Below are positions 26,501-36,200 of a DNA stretch of 64,000 nucleotides, one piece after another. The notes under the pieces are model-generated. The model was not told the origin of the DNA and made no database searches. It saw only the letters and a list, made by a program, of their open reading frames with translations. The stretch lies in NCBI RefSeq assembly GCF_052425735.1, contig NC_135770.1, positions 7,316,001 to 7,380,000 on the forward strand, in the 5' to 3' direction. This DNA is from Oculina patagonica. Taxonomy: Eukaryota. The stretch's first letter is position 1; each line of letters opens with the position of its first letter. Both the position numbers and the translations under genes were made by a program.

Positions 26501-29500
26501 GGCCCCCCCATGATACCCCAGCCCTGATGAAATACGGCTCCGTAATCCGGTAGCTGGCTTCGCAGGGAGCAGATGCTTCCACTTGAGCGGCTCTGTACTG
26601 AAGACATACCACTGTCTCTCCAGAGCCAAGCCTGAACTAGCCACAACTTTGTTTTGGTCTCCTTATTTTCGCCACACATTTGTTTGTTATGGACGTACAG
26701 TCTTTTGGCTTCACTCAGCATGGGTCATGATACTTATTCGGCGGGAGCAATACTGCTCTGTGCCATTCATGTACCAGGTTATGCTGTTGCATCATTATGT
26801 ATGCCTATTACATCCTTGTGGTGTTATAGAATTTTGTGGGCCATATGTTTATGTCGTCCTATCTTGTTGTTGTGTGGTTCAGGGGGCACCTATTTTTGGC
26901 TATTGTTTCTTCAGGCATGCACGGTTTACCACTGTCCATCCAAGCTCTAAGCGGAACTTTGCGCTACTTTTTCTTGTTTACATTCACAATACGGCCTAAA
27001 AGTTTATTTTCGTTGCCAGAATTCCTCCTAAAAGAACACAAAGCTACTAAAGCAGAGTAGCCAAGAGGCGTCGATTGGTAAGCAATACACCTTCAGAAAT
27101 GCCAGGACACCCACACCCTGTTGTACAGAGTCGCTTGGGTGGAGGCGTTTGTGCAGGGGCCAAAATGTTTCGCAAAATATCCAGCTATTCTGAATATCTT
27201 CCTCTAGCATAGCGCAGATCTTTTGTGCAGGGGCCAAGAGTATCTGCGTTATGTTTATCTACTATAAGGCTATAGGTGGATTTCACTGTCAAGTCGCGAA
27301 CAAATAAATCCAAAACTATTGAGTCAAAAATTACAAGTAGTAGAAAACTACTATATAAACTACTTGTCCAAGTCTCAGGTCTGTACGTTATTCAAAATGC
27401 TCTAACTTAAAGACGGCAAATGATATCGAGCTAAAAGCCTTCAAAAGGATATATATTATGCACGTCTAATTGCCATTGAAGGATAAAAAGTCAGGGGTCT
27501 TGCGATTCTAGGCTTTCGAATTTTGATTACATCACGTCAAAACCAAGAATTCAAGAATGCAAAGCACAACAATATCCATTTTATCACCTGTTTATTAGCT
27601 CATTAATTCAAAGAGTGGGTCACTATGTTAATCATTCCTGGAAGTGATGTTTGTTGATTACTAGGAAAGTGTAGGTACAAGTGTTCAATTCTCAATGTTT
27701 AACATATCAGCATAGAAGGATACTGTAAATTTTGTCTTAAATATTTTCTGATCGGCGTATCAGGTACAATCTTATGGATTTGGGCATATTATCGTACCTC
27801 AGCTTCTGCTTGTAATGCCCTTTCCTTAAATTCCCCCTTTCGTTTGCTCTTTGTATAATAAAGATAAGGGCAGGTTCTATATTACTCTTGAACAAATCTT
27901 ATAAAGTCATAAAACCATCTTTGCACTGGGTAAGATATTTTTCTTTTGCTTTATAAAATCAAAATGTACCGTTACTTATTTTGGTTTATCGAAGAAGTCA
28001 AGATTAAACTACCATGACTGGAAGTAACATACTTATTCATGTGATACTGTAAGGGTAAAAACTGTTCTCATGGAGTACATATATGCTGACATTTTGGAAC
28101 CTTTGATGACATTCAACGGTATCATTTGGCTGTCTTATGATATTTAGCTTTTATTTTTGGCCAACTACCCATTTGGAGGTTTTATTATTATTAGCTTTAC
28201 AGGTTGCTTCAGCTCCGGACAGTGTACCTCAAGTCCATTAATGGCCTTCAACATTTTGGTACTTTTCCAAATAGACAGTTCTCTTGCTGACCTGCAGTTA
28301 TTTGCCCTGTACCTGATATTCCTCAACCCTTCAGGAAGTTGTGTACCTTGATTTTTCTGCCTCAGCAAATGCAGCTCATGATGGTTTCTTCTAAGGAGTC
28401 CAGCTACAGAGGGCTGAACTGTCATGCAATGGCCAAGCCTGAGATAGATTTGTTGTCTTTACATGTGGTTATATAATTTCTATGTTGGAAGCATATGTGC
28501 AGGGGCCATTTGTTTCCTATTCTTGCAAATAACTTGTAATATTAGCAAAATTTGGCAGTTTATAAAGATCATAATCAGTTTATCAAACCAAGTGTGCAGG
28601 GGCCACTCGGTTAAGCATGGAAACAATTTTCTTTTAAGTGATATAATAGGGCTGAGCTGTCATGCAATGGCCAAGTCTGTGATAGAATTATGTTTAGTCT
28701 CATAATTTACCAAATCGCAAGCATTTGTGCAGGGGCCATTTGTTTCCTTTTCTTGCGAATAACTTGTAATATTAGCAAAATTTGGCAGTTTATAAAGATC
28801 ATAATCAGTTTATCAAACCAAGTGTGCAGGGGCCACTCGGTTAAGCATGGAAACAATTTTCTTTTAAGTGATATAATAGGGCTGAGCTGTCATGCAATGG
28901 CCAAGTCTGTGATAGAATTATGTTTAGTCTCATAATTTACCAAATCGGAAGCATTTGTGCAGGGGCCATTTGTTTCCTATTCTTGGGAAAGCTTTTAACA
29001 TTAACAAAATTTAGCAGTTCATAAATGCCATAATTAGTTTATCAAACCATGTGCGCAGGGGCCACTGACTTGGTTAAAAATGGAATCAATTTTCATTTTT
29101 GTGATATAGTAGGGCTGAACTGTTATGCAATGGCCAATAATCTGAGATCTACGTGTAGTTGCTGTGTTTGGTTATATAATGTGAGCACATTTGTATTGGT
29201 ATAAAGCAATCAATAGTTATTACAATTTAATATAAGTTAATGCCCTGTAGGAGGGGCTAGAGCTTGAGCCTTGGTTCCTACCCAGATTTCCTACCAATTT
29301 TTCCCTATGGGGTTTTTTGTGGCAGGTTTTTTCTGGCCTCCGTTTACTTACTAGTTATCTAGTATGTAGTTGCTCAGCTCTGTTTAGGTCAATCTTTAAA
29401 GGGCGTAAGTCAAAAGAGGCTTAGTTGAAAACCAACAATTTTTATAATTGTCACTAATCTTAGCAGTATATGTATATCACACTTGTGCAGGGGCCAAGTG

Positions 29501-32500
29501 TTTTTAGGCAACAGTTTACAAAACCACCTATCAGTGTGACTGACGACGTGCACAGTCCACTTGGACCGCCTCACAGGTATGGTTGTCGGTCATCTTAAGA
29601 GTGTGCTCCCAGTTTCATGTCCTTTATTTGGGCGATGTATACAATCTTATATCATGTTAGGAAAGTAGGTCATGGGTATTAGTTTAATCCTTGGCTTTAT
29701 CTTAGACTAGCAATTCCATCAGTCCAATCTATTTCCGGATTACAGTCTCAGCCATTGTCCTACTTCCAGCCATAGAGCAGGGTATTTTTAATCATAGGTT
29801 AGAATGCAAACTCTCTGAGTAAGCTCAATAGCACTTCTGGAAATAGGCAACTTCTACATATATTATCTTGAAACCAACAAAATAGTAATAGATCGGAGCA
29901 TAACATAAAAGCAGCGATATACATTGTCAAAATTTTTCGGAGCAGTATTGTAACTGACTATTGTCATTCAGATTGCTAATAAGTCTAACCTGTAAGTGCG
30001 CTTATCGAGTTATTAGGTTCATCCTTAACTACAGTTGTCCTAAGGATTTCCAGTGGCCATATTCTTTACTGTTATGTGCCAGATTTCTCTATCCCCCTTA
30101 CCTACTGACAATTATGTGCTCTGGAGTTTCACAATGTTTGTGTTCTTCGTCTGTTGCTTTGGCTTCGGGTGGGGGTGCCCGCTCACTCGTACCTCATGGC
30201 GGGCTGTGGCGGGTTCTCCCTCACCTTTGCTGGGATAATAGTTTAAGGTTTCCATATTTTAAGATTTCTATCCTTGATATAAAAATAAACGGCCACACCC
30301 GTGGCCAAAATCTGCCAAATGGTAGTCTTGTCTTTCATTATCCCAGCAAACAGAGCTTCGCCAAAGCAACACATACATACTTGTTTATATGCATAGCATT
30401 TAATCTAGTAGGAACAGGATACATAAAAGATATTTATTTTGCAAAAATAAATGGGTTTATGTAGCTTGTTTCGTAAGTATTTCCCAGCTTCCGGTGTAAT
30501 CCCTTCCAACGAATACTTCCGGTCACATTTTACGGGCTCTTACATGTACATGTAGGTCTTGCAGGCGTGGTTACATCGCCCCTTTTCCTCATGGCCGGCT
30601 TTCAAGTAGTCAAGTTAATTTTCCCCTCCCGCCCCTCCCTCTGTTCTGTCGTCGTTGATTTGGGTTGGCGGGTTGTCCCTCACCTTTGCTGGGATAATAG
30701 TTTAAGGTTTCCATATTTTAAGATTTCTATCCTTGATATAAAAATAAACGGCCACACCCGTGGCCAAAATCTGCCAAATGGTAGTCTTGTCTTTCATTAT
30801 CCCAGCAAACAGAGCTTCGCCAAAGCAACACATACATACTTGTTTATATGCATAGCATTTAATCTAGTAGGAACAGGATACATAAATTTCTTTAACTACT
30901 TTGCGACGTAAGCTTACGTTTGAATTATTTTGGCGCGCGAGGCCGAGTCAACGTCAGGATTTCGTTCAGGCCAGTTGAAAACTCACCCTTTGCATGAAGT
31001 CCGCTAATTTCCACTTATTAGGTGGTGGAAGGACATCATTAAGTCTCTAAACCCGTAAGTGACTAGCATATCTCAAAAAAGCGAGATGTGTTGCTGTCCG
31101 AAGATTGCTAAGCCCTGCCAAGGCTGGCGGTAAACTTGGCGATCGAAGGCGCACTGAGCCAGGCGAGAACTAGAAGCAACTTCTGTTCAAAAAAACGTTA
31201 TTTTCTTGAAATTTTGGCCCATTTGCCTCGAGTTGCCGTATTGAACGTTTGGAAATAAGGAGGTGCTTTTAGACTCTACAAAATTCTCTTAGATTTAGCC
31301 CTAGGTGTTACCGTGTTTCAGCTACTCAGGGATATTCCATAATAATCTTTAATGGATACGTCATAAACAAAGTTCGGCAAACGTTTACTCAGTCAACGGA
31401 ATATTAAAACAGAATCGACAAAAAAATATAATTTCCACCGAGAAAAGTAACAGATTGCTTAATTTAGACAAAAAATAGCCCTAAGCTGCGATCCCTTCAA
31501 GGAATAAATGGCCAGAATGTTTAAAAGAACGCCGCGGATCGTAGTTCCCTGGGCGTAGTTCGCGAGTCAAGATCATTGCGTTGCTGCGTGGCTACGGAAA
31601 GAAACTGGGGCGAAAGCGAAAACATATTATGGATTAACCTTAAGCAGCCTAAATTTGCTGACTGAAAACGAAAAAATAAACATTCGGTGAGTGCGTTTGT
31701 GGTTAGAAACTGGCGAGAGAAAAGGACAACGGCGTAAGTCGTTTTTGTTTAAGTATTTCTCGTTCCTTTTGCTATATATTTTTCATTTATTTTCACGGTT
31801 CAGGCGCTCAAGATTGTCGATCGGTCATATACATACATAACATTCGTGGCACTTATCCCTAACCTTAACACTAGCTAACCTTAACTTTACTTTACTGTAA
31901 CTGCAAAGCTTAATCCTCATCTCTTGAAATTGAAAGGCTATTTGGCTTTGTTTCCACGTTATTGTTTTGAAGTGAACATTGTCCTAGTTTTTCTCGAAGA
32001 CAAGGTGCAAACCAGCAATTTGAATTAGAGGACAATGTTTTTCCAATAAATTGAAGGCCATACGGCAAGAATTCAGGCACGTTTGAAGGAAAAAATGATT
32101 TTTCATCCAAGTCATTTGGCATAGACATGCAGCAAGCTCTTCAATTGTCGTTACAACTGAAATCAAAGACCAGAATGCCCGGCAAAAGGGACAAAGGGAA
32201 GAACAAAGGGAGAACCCTTGTAGAACCAAGGACTGTAACATTGAAATGAATTTGTTTTTTTAGTCTACTTTTAGTAGTTGTATTTCGCAATGTTTTCAAA
32301 TAACCCGTGGGAAGCTTGATCGGATAGCAAAGGAAGTTCTGGTTACATAGATGAATTTGCCATTTTCTATCGACTTACTTTGTCGGTCAAATATGGTATA
32401 TAAATATCACCAGACATTATGAACCAGACATAATGTAATTTATGTCAAGGCATAGACTGCAAAACAGTCATATCTTTTGCGAACGCGCTCGGTCTTCGAA

Positions 32501-33226
32501 CGAGAGCGAGAGGTCTGGAGCCGTTGTCAAAACTGTGAGTGAGACTGGGGAGAGACGCAAAATTGTTTTTTCTCGCCTCGCAAAACGATCGGCGCTTAGC
32601 GCCTCAACGTTTGGCGCTTCGCGCCTTAAATAGGCGCTTTTTCGAAGAGACTTAAGAGAAAAAAACGACTGTTTTATGAGCGCTTTTTCGAAGAGACTTA
32701 AGAGAAAAAACGACTGTTTTGCAGTCTAGTCAAGACATGATGCTCACATGATAATCCTTTGGGTAAATAAAATATAAAGAAAATAAATATAAAATAAAAA
32801 GAAATATTGCTCGGAAATCACGACTGCGAAGCCGAAGACAACGTGATCTGGAAATTTAATTTGCACCTCGACTTCTTATTTTTTGTATTATATAAAAAAA
32901 ATTAACACTCAGATTCGATAGTTTACTCAACAAAATTCACGTTATAGCGAGTACACATAAGTTTCCCAGTTCACGTTGTCTCCGGCTTTGCCGTCGTGAT
33001 TTCCAAGCAATATTTCTTTGGGGTACCCCAGAGGACTTTAGCAGTAAAACACGTTTTGCTTTCTGGGGAGAGCATAGGTAGTAATTTTGACCAATTTCAG
33101 CGAATATAGCATAAATTGTGCAAAGAGGTGGTACAGATCATTGTAAATCGGCAAATTTACGACCTAATTTGATATTCCAGCTAGTTTAAAAGAGCAACGG
33201 GGCGAACCGATTGCACTCAAATTAAT

Positions 33227-33278
<52 letters not shown>

Positions 33279-36200
33279 GATTTATATAGCGCCATATCCA
33301 TGGCTCATGGCGCTTTACAGTAAAAATATTATTAAAAAAAATGAAAAACTTACTTAAAAAATAGCTGAGCTGTAAAAATGGAAATAAAAACTAAGAATCA
33401 TTAAAATCTTTGAATGAAAAACTAACTCATTAACTAACTTAACTAATTAACTAAGTGACTAACTAATTGTCTAACTGAACTATCTATTACTGGTTAACTG
33501 ACTAGCTAAAAGTCTAGTTATAAAATTTGTTAAAAAGGTATGTCTTTATACAAGTCTTAAAATCTGATAGCGAGCCGCTCTCTCTTATATAGTTCGGGAG
33601 AGAGTTCCATAGGCTAGGTGCTACAAAAGAAAAGCACCTTTGGCCATAGCTTACTAACTTCACAGATGGTATTTTTAGTAAGTTTTTAGACGAAGATCGT
33701 AAACTCCTGGGTGGTGTATAGGGCTCTAGCATCTCAGTAATATAACCAGGGGCCTGGCCGTTAAGCGCTTTGTAGGTTAAAAGTAGTATCTTGTAGTTAA
33801 TGCGCTGGTTTATTGGGAGCCAGTGAAGCTGCCTTAGGACGGGCTTGATATGGTCGTATTTCTTTGTGCGAGTAATAACGCGAGCCGCAGCATTCTGGAC
33901 ATTTTGTAGGCGATCTATTAGAAATTTAGGTAGTCCATATAATAGCGAGTTGGCGTTATCTAGCTTGGATGTGATGAATGCGTGTACCAACTTTTCAGTG
34001 TCTGCTAGTGATAGACAGTCTCTTATCTTGCTTATGTTTCTAAGGTGGAAAAAAACAGGCCTTGCAGGTACTGGTAACATGCATAATTAGGCCAGACTAT
34101 AGTTCGAAGACTGTTCTTTCGAGGACCGAGATCTCCGATAAAAGCGAGTCGAGGAAATTTGATTTTTCGGCTACATATATTCCAGAGGCGGTACCGGATT
34201 CTTCGATGAGGAAGTTGCATGCCTTGTGTATTCAGTACACAAGTCGAAAACTTAAACTCCCAAAACAGCTCTCGCGCGCTACAAATCGCCAAGAAAACGG
34301 TATAAAAACAAACCTAAACAATGCGAAAATGTTTATACTTTTTTTTATTACAAATACGAGTCGTAAAAGCCGATTTTAGAAAGCTTAAATATATACAATA
34401 GCAAAAGGGAAAGAATAGGCATGCTGTGTCCTCACAAACATAGGATGGTAAGCCTGTGGTGCTACGATCGATCTTGTCGGAGATCGTGAGTCAATTCCAC
34501 TTTTTTCGTTTCAGCTTATTTGAGTTCGCTGTCAAACACATGATTATTCAGACAAAGAAATAATTAAAAGTAAGACCTAAGAGGCATAACTGGCTAAATC
34601 CCATGAAATCCTGAGCAGAAAAGTTCAGCAGAAAAAGCGAGGGGAAGTCCACGTGTGTTGCGCGCGTATGTGCCCGCAAAGATCAGCGGTAGTCAGAACT
34701 GAGCATGAGTAAAAACCAAACTTTAAAAATCGAAATTTTAAAGTGCGCGGAAACGCACGTGGGAATTATTGAGTTCGCGAAGGCTTTAGCAAAAAAACTT
34801 ACCCGATGACCCCTATTTTTTATTGCCCTAATTTTTTCCTTTTATATAAAGGAAACGTCAGCGAAAATCTAAAAAAATTCTACGAAAGGAATTTTAATTA
34901 CTTACAAATTGCCCTTTTTTGCATTTGCAAAAAATCCGCTTCGTAGAAATTTTTAAAATAATTATATAGTTTCTTTTTTTCAGATGCCAAAAGTTATCAC
35001 GAGAAAAAAATGGGGGTCATCGAGTTAGTTTTTAAGATATAAGCACTGGAAGCTGAAAAAGGGTCATAAAAATCATTGGCTATCGTTGCCATGGTAACCA
35101 CTGATGACGTAATTATTGATATTTTGGATCAACAACAAAATGGGTAATTTAATCATACAAACATTTTGTTACGATCTTTAATTGATTTTTTGGCCATTTT
35201 CTTCCAAACGTCACACAGTCAAAAACCTGAAAACTGGTACTAGCCACCTTAAATTTCCACACATTCCTCAAGTTGTCACACGCGCGCACGATTTAGCACT
35301 GATTTTCCATCTAATCCACCCGAATCGACTAAATTATTCCGTATACTTTTTTTTTCATAAATGTTTTGACCATCACCATAATTTGTCCAAAATTTAGATT
35401 AAATATCCTGTAGACTTTTTGCACCTGGGGAACTTACCACACAAGTTTGATAAAGACTTGAGAGCTTTGTTGTGAAACTTTAATGGTGTCGCACACTTTA
35501 CACTGTCTCCATCTTGAATGACAGCTGGTGAATTGTTTAGTTTTAATCTGAGCCATTTCAGATTACAGTCGCAGTGGAATGGGTTGCCTTTTAGATACCT
35601 GTATACGTATAGAACATGATTAAAATAGAGTTAACTTCTGTAAAGGTCAGTTACCCCTGAAATGTCTTGAATAAGTCCGTGAAATGAACTCTTGATACAA
35701 AATTGAGACAGATATCAACTGAAAATAGCCTAATTCACCGTTAAAATCGAAATCCAACATTGGCTCCCTGCAGGTTACCGTATTAACCCTCGGACGTACA
35801 AGCAAATTCATACCTCCACTATCGTTCGCGGGGGGAGGGGGGAGGAGGGGAGGGGATGGAACCCCTCCTTGGGGTTTTCGTTATATTAAGACGTAGCGAA
35901 ATTATTTTGCACTCAGAAGAAAGCCCGTAGCTTACTTTACAATGGTAAGTTTAAATGGCATCATTTAAATTGGCTCTGATGTCACACAAGGTTTAGCTAG
36001 AAATTTCGCCATACCTTCAATTCAAAAAGGCTGCCGTGAAAATTTGGCGATGGGTATTTGTTTCCTTGCGCCTAGCTTTCAGCTGGAGATTTCTTACGAT
36101 TCGTTGATTTTTTTTTTTCTGAAACTGTTTACAAGAATCATCTCTTCGTTGCACGGGTCAAGCAACTTCGTCGATCGAAGGAGAAAACTAATTCGTGTAA

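Noticed and set aside
26151-27237. Cluster of overlapping 70-140 aa ORFs inside the split-repeat element
   Set aside because: No RT, RNase H, recombinase or Gag motifs, and the composition looks non-coding.
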